Of a stretch of 64,000 bases of DNA, positions 16,456 through 30,912 are shown one piece after another. Both the position numbers and the translations under genes were made by a program. Every line of letters starts with the position of its first letter. The stretch's first letter is position 1. The notes beneath the pieces were generated by a model. The model was not told the origin of the DNA and made no database searches. It saw only the letters and a program-made list of their open reading frames with translations. Source of the stretch: Marsupella aquatica. Lineage: Eukaryota; Plantae; Marchantiophyta. The stretch lies in contig OZ316892.1 of the NCBI GenBank assembly GCA_973895155.1, positions 14,686,861 through 14,750,860 of the forward strand. Direction: 5' to 3'.

Positions 16456-19400
16456 TATCATTGGTAATTAGATGTAGGATATGCAGAAGCTTGTGCTTGA
16501 AGTGGCGCAAGCTCGGTCCCGAGGACTTCTCCCAAGCTTATCGAACCTAAAATGGTTCTTACTTTCTTTTAGAAAAGTCTGACACGCGAGTGTGGAGTCC
16601 TGACATGCATTGGCATGATTTGCTAAGCTTCCCAATTTTACCTTTTGGCAAATTTTCACATTGATAAATCTATACAGCCTTGCTTTTAGGGGGTTCATGT
16701 TGGCATTCGTAAATCTATGCAGCCTTTAATGAGGTGCATGTTGGATCTTTTGACTGGGGCTAGGTAGTCAATTTAGAGATAATATACCTTAGTGGGTACT
16801 TCTTTCAATACGAATGAAGCCAAGCTATAATCTCTCCTGGTTATACCTGGTCTCTTTTCAGTGATTTATGTGGTGTAGATGAGGGCACTCCTTCGCAAAA
16901 AAGAGGTTTTGCACGAAACATATTTGTAGATAGGCTCCGGAAATGAATCCTGATCAACTGTGGAAAAGTGTATCAACGGTAAGTGCCGTTTGATATTTTG
17001 CGACTGCTTGTTATGAGTTCTACTTTTTGGGTTCCAATTTCCTCCGCAGGTGAGGGGTCGGGTGCCGTGTGGTACTTTTCGCGCCAGGATTCACACCCTC
17101 TCTCATGAATTGCATGCTCATTTTTCGGGGACGATCATTGATACCATCTCTGTTCCCTTCGATGGTCATGGACAGTTGTGACTTCAGCTCATGAGACCGA
17201 CGCTTCAATTTCAGAGATGCTGCATTAAATTCAAGAATCTAATTTATTGGCTGCACCATGTCAGGTAGAGTGATTTTGAGGTCTTTGATATCTTTCCCGT
17301 TGCATCCAGGACTGCCTGCCTCCTTGATAGGTATAACCAATGAGTGATCAAAAATTCCAAGCAATCAGACTCATTATTGTAACTAGTGTGTGTATTCACT
17401 GAATCTTGTCAGAATGGAATCGTACTCTACCGTCTTACACCTTTGTCATTCGTTGTTACTCTTGACAGATCCTAGCATATAAAATGAACCCTACCGACCT
17501 ATGAGGACTTATTAAAAAATATTATTACTCTTTACGGTTCCTAGTATCTAAAACGAACCCTACTGAGCTATAAAGACTTATTCAAAGACGTTGCAGTCCC
17601 CAGGTTTATAGCTCCAGCAGACTCCTAACCTGACAGAAGAGGAAATGGACCCTCAAGGACAAATATGAAATGGACCACCTTTGGCTTGTAGAAACCATTC
17701 TGATCAATACATAGTTGAGGACAGGGGTAATCATGCCTTGCGTGTAAGGGGTAATCACTAATAGATGGGACAGGGGTAACCAAAACCCTTAAGACATAAA
17801 AGACTTAAAAAAAAGGTGGAGGCCCCTCTCTTATCACCTAAATGGAAATACGAAAGTGTGAACCAACGGGATGTAATACATGTATGCAAGAGTTTGACCC
17901 AAGGGATTTTAATACGTGAGTTCCCCATGACCAGGGAACCAGAATTTTGCCAACTTCTACCCCTAGTTCTGGCAAAGAGTGGCACCAACAGTGGTGTACT
18001 ATTGTTTGAGCTGTGCACTTTCTGTGTCACCCCACTTGCTACAATCAGGGTAGGAGGTGACTAGAGGAGTATTTAAAGAGGGCCAACTTGCATGTGGATT
18101 CAAAACCTAAACCCTAGACCCTAAAAGTACAAAACCAAAAATGATTCACAGACCTTTTCCCAGAATCCAAGATGCACTGAATATTTTTGGTACGGAAATC
18201 CACCAAAAACCCTTTTTTAGAACTTTTGCAAATCTAACCTCACATAGCTTAGTGTCATTTGCATGTGCAAGGTCCTTTGTTTTCCTGTCCTCAAGTGAAC
18301 CCTCAAGCAACAGTTAGGCAGTCCTGAAGGTGTATTTGGTGGAGAAGCAACCAAAGCTTCAAAACCAAATAAAACAAACGTACAGACTCATACTGCCATG
18401 TGGAATGGAGGGGTGGACACAACAAGAAAGACACCAGAGTGAGTGGACACATTATGCCTACAGTATTTCCTTTGCTGATTATGTGCACATTTGAGTTCTC
18501 ACTTTTTCCCTACAATTTTGGGCTGGTAAGGCGGCTGTTTTGAATACCTTGCACATGCAAAACAGCCCTTAGTAACTCAAGTCTAATGTTGCGGTTAGGT
18601 TCTTCTCCCCTCTCCTCCAGGTCTCCAGATACACAACGATCTTGTTCCCCTCTCCACCATCGCCGTGAGATGGAGAGAAGGCAGGCAGCAAGGGAGCATC
18701 GAGGGAGTAGTTTTGGCAAAGCAGGGTGCAACTTCGATGGCCTTCAACTTCGACCTTTGATCCATCGCGGGTGCTGTCCCAGTTTTGGGGCACCCTCTCT
18801 GTATGCTGTCTTTCAGAATGGGAATTCAAAATGACGTTTCAAGGCAAAAATATGGTGTATTGAACACTTCTATACGAGGAATGGAAGTGGAAGTGCATCT
18901 GGGGTTCCACAAAATTATTTCGAAGGTGGAACCGAAACAGGCAATCTCTCTTGGATTCGCTACTTTGCGAGCAATGTCGACTGGAGACGACAAATATTTC
19001 CCCTCTTTCGGAGCAGGCAATAGTTCAGGACAGATATCAGAGTACAGACGAATATCGCGTTAATGAAGTCTACAATTCTACAATTCACTCGCCATCTTGC
19101 CCTTCTCAAGCAAGGTCAAAGATATATAAAACGGTACTAAAGAGGTTGTTTACACTGCGCTCAGACGATCCTGAGTGTAAAGGTTGAATAGCATGAATAT
19201 GGTCTATCTAATGTCAACACAAATTGCTTTGTGATAGTTTACTTTCATTTAAGATACCGTGTGACCGGTGGAACCTTGAATATCGGACCCAAGAACCGAA
19301 CTATGGAGAAGTCAAGCTCACGCGGAGCAGAGAAACAGAGGAATCGGCTGAACTACGCTTTCAAACGCCCAGACTTTCATTCTTCGATTACAGAGACTCC

Positions 19401-19670
19401 ACTGATGGCGAAGTACAGAAACGCTGCTCATGGCACAGCATAGCCAAGCCGAGCCAGACATTGCAGAGACTGAAACGATATGTACAAATGAATGACGCCT
19501 GATATGTGGCGAGAATGATGCCCCAGCTACTACCCTAACCTGATTCCAAGCTTCCACAAGATGGTTGAAACGAGTGAGAATTTGGGTTTGTTGTCGTTGG
19601 GTCCCCCTTCCGCGTTTCCACGGTTACGGTCCCCCAAGAATTGGAGTGCTTTCTGCTCACGCGAAGCTTC

Positions 19671-22638
19671 TCAAAAGTCTTCCGGTTCATAGAATCTGGC
19701 TTCGGGCCTTGGTGTGGCTACAGCCACGAGGGGGATCCGTTTCCTTAAAACGATAGCGTATGTCTCAGACAAGTCCATGTCCTCTGGTCTGACGCCCAGA
19801 GGGGGAGCCCAATCAAACGCTTGAACCAAAGCAGCTGTCGTGCGGGTAACAGAGGCCATGCCGAGCTGAATCCCTACACATTTTCGGCGGCCAGAGCCAA
19901 ACGGAAGGAGCTCATAGTCTGTCCCCAAGATACTGACGTTGTGTGTCAAAAACCTATCCGGGTTGAACTCCTGGGGGTTTACCCAGTCCTTCGGGTCGTG
20001 GGCTATGGCATAGATGTTCACGAATATAGTGGAGAGCGGAGGAATGTCATATCCGCCGAGCGTCGAGGCATTATCATTCAAGCGAGGAAGAGTCAGGGGC
20101 ACCGATGTGTGAAAACGAAGGATCTCTTTCACAAATGCTTGAAGATATGGAAGATTAGGAATATCTGATTCTTCCACTCGACGCTCGGTTCCCACTACCC
20201 TCTCGATTTCCTCTCGCAATTTCCGCTGGATTTCGGGACAGCGCACGACCTCCAGGATACACCATTCGATTGTTGTAGCTGTGGTATCTGTCCCACCCAT
20301 AATCATATCCTGCACGAGACGCGCACATCTGTCAGAATTTCTTCCCCAATAAGGAGGACTTAGACGAACAAGAATCTGCATCTGCGAAGTCTGTTCGTGT
20401 CTGTTACTGACAAGATTCAACATCAATCCAAAACAAGAGAATTACAGCAGAACAAGAGTCTGGATCAGCAGTGTATACACCTGACACCGACAAGTTTGTC
20501 AGTCCGAGAATCATGGCATAACAGGGTACACCAGGAAAATGCACGATTTAACAGCTTCCGATGAGAATCTCATATCCATCCTGACACTTGCTCTTTAGGT
20601 AATAAAACTGAGAATTCAGGAACACTTAGACAAGACCCTCCAAATGATCCAACTCTGGGCTCTGGTGGTTCATGATTTGATCCAACTATTGATTTTAAAC
20701 GCTCCAAGGGTACCTAATTAAATCTTGAGCAGGAAGCAGAAACTCCAGGCAGAAAGGTCGCCAAGCGGACCATTGAAGGTGCGCAATCCAATGTCCCAGA
20801 CGAAGTTCAGGAACAGGTCTCCTGGTTGTCGTGGAACTTGTTGAGAGAGAGACAGCAACAACGACAACAAGTCCAGGTGTATTGGAGTTCTCAGGAAATG
20901 CAGCTCACCATAATTGTGCCAGAGATCGCCTTGTCCGACAGCGTTTCATTTCCCATTGGGCTCAGCAAGACGTCCACGAAATCCCTCGTATCAGTGTGGT
21001 CGGTCCGTCCTGTGTAAGTTTTCTTTTGCCGATGCTCGTCAATGATCTTCCCGACCATCCTATCCATCTGCGGACGAATTCGTTTCCATTGTGCTTCGAT
21101 GCCTTGCAAGTCAAACCAACGCAATGCCGGGATAAGATCAGCGAAGTTGAGCTTTCCCACGTTGTCGAAGACGTCCCTGATGATTCTCGCGAAGGTTTCT
21201 CCCTCTTCAGTTTGCGGGGTATCCATGCCGTAATATCGCTTCCCGAAAAGCATCATACAAATACTGTTCATAGTCATCGTATGAAGATATTCTCTCAGCT
21301 CCACCGCCTTTCCTTCGTCTGCAGCTTTCTTCACTGAGGTCACCAAAATGCCAACCTCTTTGGTCCGAATCTGCAACAAGAACCACAGATGTTATTTCAT
21401 ATTCAGAATTCACCTCTTAATTGGTAAACCCATCTTAAGTAGCTCTATCATCGATCAAGAATACAGGGAAGCACTTGACACAGCAATCATCAAACTCCTT
21501 CCAGTCCTAAGTGTGCATCCAGTCTACGATCTCATTAGATCTCGGAATGTAGATCTCATTACATCTCGGAATGTAGATCTCATTCCAGTCCCGGAGTACA
21601 TCCCGAGATCTACACTAGTTATATCATCAATGTCTCGAGAGATCCAATCATGAAGATGTCTTTTTGTTTTCCACGATAATGCTGCATTCCGATCAGGATC
21701 TGAGGTCAGCTAGGAATGGATACGATTCACAGTTTGAGAAATCGAATTTCGAAATTATCAGTGACTGGCCTACGTAGCCTCTCTCGGCACCCCGCTATCG
21801 TCCACTGGGATGATCAAAGTCTTCCCAATGTCTGATCTGTTATATCCAGGCATATGCAAACATTGTGAACAATCTTGCTCACAGTCCATGAGCAGAGGTG
21901 ACCTACATCCCAGTTCCTTCCGATCGAGGCTTAACATGGCCAACCGCCTTCCTTGCAGATCCCGGAGAGCAGATTGATATCCCAATCCTTGTGAATCCCA
22001 GCAATTATATTCCCATCGGTAATAGACGTGTGGGTAGATCTATTGGACTTGATCACATGCTTACACCCAGTGGAAATAGCATGACTAAGGAAACTTTGCA
22101 CGGATAACCGACCGAGAAAAGCTAAGGTAACCGTACAAACCTTAGAAGATGCTATCATGCGATTATTGGTGAAGAGCTCGGTGGCCACAAATTTCCTGAG
22201 AAGCCTGAGGTGAGGATTGTATTCAGCGAAGGCGATATCGTGAGACTCAATACCAATGTACTTGGCAGCGCTACGTTGAATAGTCCTCCCAGCTCTGTGA
22301 GAGAATTCCAAATCCTTCTTCTTCATGAGCTCCTCTGCCGCCTCTGCGCTGGAGATGACAATCAAAGTGTACTGCCCTAACCCAACTTTCATCACTGGAC
22401 CATGCTTCTTCGCCAGCTCCCACAACACCTGGTGGAGCTCTCCTCCCAAATACATGAGAGATCCCAAAACTGGCCAAGAAGGAGGCCCCGGCGGTAAGTT
22501 CTTACCTAGATTTTTCAAGTATGGGAGACACCCAAGCAGCACCAGAGAAGCCACAATAATGGCAATCCACACGCTCGGCTCCAACGATCTCAGCTCCTGC
22601 CATGCGACCCCTGCCCAGTGCGGTATATCCAGAGCCAT
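19671..22638 (-). CDS. Cytochrome P450, CYP71 clan (A-type); 3 exons, ~532 aa
   Basis: Exons 22638-22141, 21370-20909 and 20309-19671 join in frame at GT-AG sites. Has a TM anchor plus LPPGPPSWP, I-helix GGTDTT, EILR, PDRF and the heme motif PFGSGRRKCVG. Confidence 0.95.
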
Positions 22639-25079
22639 GACTTCAATCTACACTATGCAATCCAAGCCCGTTTCTATTTCCCAGTCAGCCCTGAAACCGT
22701 TGTCAGGACGATCGAGCTAGAGTGCGGTCACAAATGTACCTCATGTACTACGTCTTCTTCACCAGCAGAGCGTAAATCTTCACAAACCCAACTCGTCACG
22801 GAACAAGGTTCATGTGTGAGTTGAGGCCTCAATATTGAAGAGAACCCTCGGTCCTATAAGCAAAAAGTTCACCCGAAATCGTCACCAAGAGGGAACAGTC
22901 AGAAGAAGGGGTCGAATTTGTGAAGGACCCCACGAGGATGGGACCAGAGGAGCATTGCAGACCTCGAGAGTCTGGGAAGGGCAGTTGCTTCGGAAGAAAC
23001 TGACTACGAATGTAGCCTACGGTAGGGGACACACGAGGGGACGTGATTTAGGAGAAACCTGGCATTACCACAAGGCTTCACGACAGTGGAAGAGTCACGA
23101 AGCTTCTGATCGTCTGAGAAACGCATAAGCGAGGTGGAGCCTACTTCGAAGGACCTTATCGTCGGGTCAAAAGTTACTGAGGAGGAATAAGCTGACGGCG
23201 TAGCGATAATTCAGAACTAAGAGCTAATTTTGGCCAGGAGATCCAAAAACGCCAGCCCTGTTCAGTGGGTTCGCAGGAAAATGAAATAGAATGGACAAGT
23301 CATGACCACGCCAGAAAGAGTTAATAAATGAGCGAGGCCAGAATGAAACAGTTCTCGGGCCTCGGGGTGATGAATCAAGGAGTCTCTGGTAGTCAATGGC
23401 CGACATCCTACTACCTACTGGCTGGCCCTCCTCTTGACTTTTTCCAAAGTGAGGTACAGAATCCGCTCTCACCGGCTTTTGAAGAGACGAGATCGACCGA
23501 GAATGGAGACCGTCGTGAATAGCAAGCTACTGAACGGGACGGGCAGGATGGAGTGGGCCCATCTACCAACAACTTCAACTTGAGGGCCTTGATCAAAAAG
23601 ATTCCGGACCTGGACGTGTGACCAAGTACCAAATTTTAGGCTCACCTCGTACTCTAGAATGCGCAGATTAACTAGACAACTACTGTTAGTAGCGACGATC
23701 CAGCGGGATGGGGTCGTTGCTCTTGTCACGTTGGAGCAACCACGAAAAATTTGTCTGCCGGTACCGCTGCCGTGGCCTGCCTACTCCCCAATTGAACCAG
23801 GCAAGAAGAATCAAGTCAGTCCTTGCCTCCTAAGTGATGTACTTCGTAAGCTACTAACCTGTTCACGTCGCTCGGGAAGATGGTTATTCTGTGGGATAAT
23901 TCGACCGAGATGATGGTGAGGGGTTGATGCTAGTTTGATTCAAAACAGAAACACCGACGGGTCCAGCGAGGATGGCAGTTGTTGTCATTTATAGCATTGA
24001 GATCGACTTCCAGCTTGCCAATGAAGAAAAGCGCACTTTTACCGTAGTATGTACTTTCTGGGACATGTTTCAGTTCAAAAACCAAAGAACAAGCCAGCAA
24101 TTATTGGATGATTGTTCAGTGCTCCGTTATCGTTATCTTTTACCAGTGATGGGCTTTGCTTCAGTAGTGGACCCCTCTACTCCAGTACCTAGCATACGAT
24201 TGCATGTCCGTTCTCAACTTCTCACTCCACTCAGCCTCAAGTCCTCAATCATTTCAATTGCGATTTTGCCAAGTAAAACTCTGCTCAACGTTGCGTGAAA
24301 TGCTGCAAATGAGGCCATAGCTGGAAGTGTCTGAAGCCCAGGGGTTGTAATAAATCACCTCAACCTGCAATTTACAGTTCGAACGACTGGGCCCTGAACA
24401 TGCATTTTGCAGTTAGACCCACTGCACCGACGAGAGTACTACTATTATGGCGACGATGATGGTTTCTCGCCCATCACGACTCTCAGGTAATGGCAGAATA
24501 ATAAATGGGCGTTGAGATGGGAGTCTCCGAGGACACTCGTCCACCCGAAGCAGACAAGCAGTCCTCCATGCCGGGACCACGAGGAAAGGGAAGCTATGCA
24601 AGGACCGGAAGGACCGGAGGGAATGAAGGATCTATCCATCGCGACTGCTGACAAGCCCGTGGCCCGTGCAACGAGAGGCCGTGGTCACCTTGAAGGCCTG
24701 AACCCTGACCGAGTGACCGGGGCTCTTGTCATTAATGAACTAAACCACACCGCTGGCGAATCTGGTGATGACTGATTGACGTGACGAGCCGCACCTCGGA
24801 AGGTCTTTCTTTCGTCAGGCTGTTGAGTTGATGAGGGGTGGCTTTACAGTCGTGGGGCACTCGCCACTTCTCCTGCCAAAAGCACATTGGAGGGGGCTAT
24901 TGAGCTATTTCTTGCCCCAACGACAGGTGGCCTTACAAGTGTGGCGCACTTGTCACTCCTTCTGCAAAAGCAAATTGGAGGGCTGGTTCTTGTCCCGAAG
25001 ATAGACTCGGGAGGCCCCTGTAGCTAGAGCGTTTTCTCGGGGGCGTAAATTAGCTAGATTCCATTTTTGGCAAAATTGG

Positions 25080-25427
25080 GGAGGAATATGCTCAATAGAC
25101 CCCCTTCAGGAGAAATTTTACTTGATCAGCCCCTCCAAACTTTTTTGCCCCAGTCAGCCCCCTCATTATGGCCCGTATCCTTTTCTACCGTGTAAAGGCC
25201 ATACTGTACAGTTTTCAGCCTTACTGGGTGACTTTCACAGTACCCATTCAACCACGCAATAACCAGGCAAAAATCATAGTGACCGTGCTAAGATCCATTA
25301 CCAACGGGACCTCGTAGTTAGAGGTGAAAATCGGGCCTTGCACCTCCGCGCCGCCACTATGAACATTAGGGTTATCTTATGCTAATTAATTAGAATACAT
25401 TGACATGAGTGTATTCTATTTGTAAAA
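25080..25427 (+). repeat. MULE left TIR
   Basis: Reverse-complement match to 58081-58574 in two blocks: 25080-~25210 with ~58425-58574, and ~25302-25427 with ~58081-58203. Confidence 0.9.
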
Positions 25428-25526
25428 CCAATTTCCGTGCTTTAGGTTCAAGGTCTGTCATCTTTTGTGGGGGTTCTAGGTAGGATCGACGTTTTGCGTG
25501 GTTTTACGGAGGTTTTGTGCAGGATC

Positions 25527-26045
25527 TCGTTTACTGTTGACGACGGGCCATTTTGCTGATGATCGTGCTAGTTGACGATTGTGGTGGTTGATGATTGTGT
25601 TTCTTTCGTGGCTTTACGGAGGATTTGGGCATAGGTGTGGTTGACTGTTGGCGGCAGGACATTTTGGAGACAATCGTGTTGGTTGACGTTTTTGCTGGGC
25701 GTCGTTTACTGCTAGCGGCGGGCCATTTTGCTGTCGATCGTGCTGGTTGACGATTGTGGTGGTTGATGATCGTGTTTCTTTCGTGGCTTTATGGAGGATT
25801 TGGGCAGAGGTGTGGTTGACAGTTGGCGGCGGGACATTTTGGAGACAATCGTGCTGGTTGATGTTTTTGTTGGGCGTCGTTTACTGCTAGCGGTGGGCCA
25901 TTTTGCTGTCGATCGTGCTGGTTGACGATTGTGGTGGTTGATGATCGTGTTTCTTTCGTGGCTTTATGGAGGATTTGGGCAGAGTTATCGTTGACTGTTG
26001 GTAGCGGGCCATTTTGGAGATGATCGTGCTATTGACGATTCTGCT
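25527..26045. repeat. Tandem array, 175-bp period (~3 copies) built of ~55-65-bp subunits, inside the MULE
   Basis: gttgacgattgtggtggttgatgat recurs at 25571, 25746 and 25921. Confidence 0.9.
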
Positions 26046-26994
26046 GGTCGACTTCGCTCAATTCTGGCAAGTTCCATTTCACTTCAATGATTGTTGTTTT
26101 TGGTGGTTTTAGATTGAGATGATCACTTCCGGTATTGATTTCCTGGCGAACTTGTGAAAATCCATCACCTAGATTGAAGTTCTCTTTCTGTTTCAACCTT
26201 CTGTTTTCATTTTCCTGCATGATACGAGTGGATGAATGGGTAATCAATATGCTTGCTCAGTAGGGAGGATTCTAGCCAGGAGTCCAGGTTTGGAGTACCA
26301 CGAGGCACAATGCAAGGAACTGGACCATGAAGGGGAGGGGAGGGGAAGATAATACGAGCTTAGTGGTACGATAATTTGCTTTCTTACATCTAAATTTTCT
26401 CAACTTCTCTTGTTGGTTTGGTCTAGCTATCATCAGAATCACCTCTTGTTGTGCTCTTCTTCATAATAGTGCAGATCATTTGCATCGTCTTCCCAGTTCT
26501 TATGCAATTTTTGATCACCATCACATCCATGTCTTCCAGTTCTGTTGCATAGTTTCAATACTACATGGATAACAGTGTAGGGACTGCTTTCATTTGGCAG
26601 TTGAATCCTGTCCTTGAATTTGTGAATGAAGTTTCCTCTCAGGATTTTGTGGTTGCCTGCGAGCTCTAGGCAAAGTGGACTTCATGACAGGGATTGATCT
26701 GCGTCTGACTTGAAGGGGGAGATTCTCGGTCGAAGCACTAGGTATGACTGACTGCATGTCGACGAATGTTGGAGGTGCATGTTTTGAATACCATGACATG
26801 GATGTTTGCGAGTTCTTCTACTCTCTTTGAATACCATGACATTCGTGTCTTCTAAATTTGCTTATCTGTTGAAGTCGTTGGCATGAGTGTAGGGACATTA
26901 AGGAGTGGAAAGCAATACAGGCAGAAGGTCAAGGTCATAGGCTGGAGAGGTTGGGTTCGATTTTGAGCCCAACCAAGGTTCATGCTCAGTTTCC

Positions 26995-29900
26995 ATGGTG
27001 CCACGAATGAGAAGAATTCGGGTAGCAGAGGAAGAGAATCACTTTCGACATTGTGTCGATGCTGAAGGCAAGCATGTGTTTGTCTGCATAGCTGGTGATC
27101 ACAAGCCTCAATCATTTTCTTCCTTTGCTGGTTTCCACCACATGGACGTCACACACAAGTTGGAGTTGCCACCTGCATTACTGGAGGCGGGCAAACCTTG
27201 GTTGTTCTCAAAATACGACTTCTCCACTTGGATTGCCAAGAAACATAAGGCCCCTGGGCCAAATGTGAGGAAGGACAACAATCAGGCCTCTTGGAACCGG
27301 CTTCGATCCACTGTGCGACTTCGGTGGAGACAAACTAAGTTGCGGAAGAAGACAATGCTAAAGAAGAAGTATGGTGTTGCTGCAGATGAGCCGCTTGTTC
27401 CTGCAAAATCATTGCTTATTTGTGTCATCAAGGAAGTGCACATACATGCAGGGCAGGCTAATGGTTGGTCATCCTTGTTGGATGACAGTTTGTACGAGAT
27501 GTTGCAAGACTCTATGTCAGCTACTGCAATTTCTCCTATTCTGTCTCGCTGGGTTGCTTCAATCCAAGCTTTGCCGGTACTCCTACCTAGAGATCGTAAG
27601 TTGCAAGCACTTCAATTAGATTGTAGTGTCCTGCCATGCATTTTCCCCCGGGCAGATGTGGAGGTGCAACCTCCCGAGCTGATGCAGTTTGATACAATTC
27701 GAGAGGCTCTCATTGCAGATGCCTTGAATTACTTGACTCAGAAAAGAGCGCTTCTGCAGTGGAAGCATGGGCCCAAAGAAGTGGACTTTGATGTTGCATA
27801 CCAAGATTACAAGGAGTGGAAAGAAGAGCAAAAGCCTATCAGCATAGCCACAGCCACTAACAATTTGCTACAAGAATACAAAGGTCGGGGCATGACCACT
27901 GAAGCTGCACGAATAGAGGTATGAACTTTTTATTTTACTTCCTACAATCTTTGCTTGTTGTTTGTACATTCCAAATGTTCTCATCTTGTCCCAACCATGT
28001 GCAGGCTGGACTAAATGAAGAGTGGGAGGACACTTCTGACGATAGTGACTATGAGCCTGGGCCTGAGAAGTGGGGTCTATTGCTAAATGATGCTGATAAA
28101 CAGCCAGATGAGCCAGACGTTGTATCTGAACCTGTCCTCAATACTTCAGTTGAGGACCCGCCTCTTGTACAAGATCCTATTCAGGTTCCTTCTCATGTTC
28201 AGGATGATGAAGACAGTGATCATCAGAATCCTTCTCATGTTGAGGATGTTGACCATCTTATTGAGCATCCTGTTCATGATCCTATTGACCATTCTGTTCA
28301 GGATCCCATTGACAATCCTATTCAGGATGTTTATGAACAAGGAATCAACTTTTCACAACAGTGTGACTTGGTTTCAAGCCTCCAAAATATTCTTCACGCC
28401 TATGGAGAGGGAGAGGACGGCTACCCCCTCCAGGTTAGTCTTTGTTTCTTTGCTTCAATTACTTTTGAAATTTCTTTGCAAATTGTGAATACATGAGCCT
28501 CATCATATTTGGATGCTCCTTGTGTTCATTGCAGGAAGGAGTAGTATCGGAGACTATCTCGGAGTTCGTAGCACCACCAACCCCTACACCTGAGACTCTA
28601 CTCCCAGACTTCATAGCGCCAGTCGCAACAACAGCACCAGCCCCTATACCATGTATATTAGTCTCGGAGTCCTTACCACCACTTGCACCAGCACCACCAG
28701 CCATTGCACCACATGTACTATTAGAGTCGGTACCAGTAGCAGCAGCACGACCACCACCAGCAACCCCTGCACCACAGATTGTAAGTCTCTAAAGTGCAAA
28801 CTTGGAAGTCATTCAATTGCAATCTAGTCTGAATACTTAAACCCCAATGTCTTTTCACTCCCCTAAGCATTCATTTCATATATTGTAGGGACAAAGACGA
28901 AGGGGAAGGGGTGTACCACTGGAGTCCCCATCCCCAGTATAGAAAGCAGCACCATCCCCTCCAATGTCAACAAACCCCTTCCAGGTTTGCCTTTGTGTTT
29001 TTTGTAAAAACATATGTTTGCAATGCTTTGCAATGTCTGAATACAGCTGCCTCATTGTCTTCGCCGTGCACTGCAATTTCTTCATTCTAGAGACGGAGCG
29101 GAAGGACAAGTGGAGGGGTTGTAGCAGTGGAATCACCAGCACCAGCCCTCGCACCACGGATTGTAAGTCTCAGAAGTGCTTAGTTGGAAGTCATACAATT
29201 GCAATCTAGTCTAAATACTTCAACCCCAATGTCTTTTCACTCCCAGGTTTGCCTTTGTGTTTTTGGTAAAAACATTTGTTTGCAATGCTTTGCAATGTCT
29301 GAATACATCTGCCTCATTGTCTTTGGTGTGCACTGCAATGTCTTCATTCTAGAGACGAAGCGGAAGGGCTCCTGGAGGGGTTGTAGCAGTGGAATCACCA
29401 GCACCAGCCCTCGCACCACAGATTGTAAGTCTCAAAAGCGCTTACTTGGAAGTTTGAATACATCACCCTAATTGTCTTCTGCGTGCACTACAATTTCTTC
29501 ATTCTAGCCCGTGCACGGGAAAGAAATTTGATATAGGTCAGCCTGGTTTGCCTTCTTGTACAAGGCCACATTCCTTTCTATTCATATTACTTTGTAGGGG
29601 TTAAATACACAACCCTCGGTGTATTCAAGTCACTTAATGATATTCTCCATTGTAGAGAGGAAGTAGAAGGGGAAGGGGTGTATCAGCGGTGCCCCCAAAA
29701 CCAGTAGCAGCACCGGCACCGACAAGCAACCCCTCCCAGGTATGTCTTGATGTACCAGGCTAATTTCCTTATCAAACTGCTTTGCATGGAGTGAATACAC
29801 AACCCTCACTGTCTTCTATGTCAATTAATAATTTTGTTCATTGTAGGGAGGAAGACAAAGGGGAAGGGATGTGTCAGCAATGTCCTCAGCACCAGTGGCA

Positions 29901-30843
29901 CTAGCAATCCCAGTACCAGCAACCAACCCCTCCAAGGTACGCCTTTGTGTCTTAGGCCACATAATTGAATTCCTTCTCATCAGCGGCGTCCAATTGTTGA
30001 GTAATGTGAATACCTCGTTGTCGATGTCTTTTGATGTTGCTTTGGATTGTAGGAAGGGCAACAACGGGAAAAGGCAAGCAAAAGGCGAAAAGGAAAGGGA
30101 AGTTTGGTGGAGCAATCCCTTGCACCTGCCCCAACCCCTATCCCAACAAATGAACACTCAGCCCCTGCCCCTGTAACAACACCAACACATGCACCTGCCG
30201 GTATCCCTGGACCACCACTAGCACATGCCCCTACACCAGGACCAGCAGAAGCACCAGCCCCTATACCAGTGCCAACACCAGACCCTGCACCGGCTACAAA
30301 CTCCTCACAGGTATGCCTAAGGGTGCAGCAGCAAACTTCCTCTGCTTCATTGTGGAATGTGAATACCTCTTTGTCCATGTATTCTAATGTCTTTGTGGGT
30401 TGTAGGTACCACAAGGAGGAGCTGCTTTGTCCTTAGTACCTGTTCCTGTCTCAAGGAAGAGGAAGGAGGCCTCTAAATCAAGCAAGGGTATGAGCCAGGC
30501 ATTGCAGGTTGTTCCTCTATTGGCAGTCAACCCCAAAACAAAAGTTGTGTTTTTGCACCCCGAAGATGATGACTTAGCAACATCAGAAGTTGAAGATAGA
30601 GTGAGAGGCAAGCCAAAGCGAAGTAAAAGCGCGACAAGTAGAGGCGGGGGGCAAGGGAGAGGAAGAGGAGCACAGTCTTCTACTCAACCAACTCCCTTGC
30701 ATGAAATCCTGCTAGGTGATGGTGACAATGTAGACACATTTGGGCCATCACAACTTTTGCATGACTCCCAAATGACTGCTTCACAAGATACATTCAGGGA
30801 GGTTATTGACCAACTCCCGCACCCTTCCCAATATGCTGACTGA
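26995..30843 (+). CDS. MULE accessory gene convergent with the transposase (mudrB-like position); unknown function; spliced, possibly degenerate
   Basis: A 309-aa ORF ends at a GAG|GTATGA donor (~27918). It is followed by an acidic exon (~28006-28433), Pro-rich exons and a last exon with SRKRK and a stop at 30843. Confidence 0.6.
28770..30310 (+). repeat. Tandemly reiterated short exon+intron modules within the MULE accessory gene
   Basis: Near-identical ~260-bp blocks at ~28982-29210 and ~29243-29460. Recurring mini-exons begin (t/g)tag-(a/g)gag...aaggggaagggg and end at ...ccctcccag|gt or ...cacagatt|gtaagt. Confidence 0.7.
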
Positions 30844-30912
30844 GTGTGGACACCCTTCCCGTGTGGTACTAAGCCATTTTTGTGGTAGCTTCAGTGGTCT
30901 TTAGATGCAATG

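Noticed and set aside
18101-18126. Telomere-like repeats (aaacctaaaccctagaccctaaa)
   Set aside because: About three degenerate units, too short to call an interstitial telomeric array.
23000-25000. Possible decayed coding region between the P450 and the MULE
   Set aside because: Only short ORFs without recognisable motifs, and no consistent splice model; just a weak ~88-bp duplication at ~24840-24985.
25527-26045. CRISPR-like array
   Set aside because: Whole 175-bp units repeat, there are no unique spacers and no cas genes, and the context is eukaryotic.
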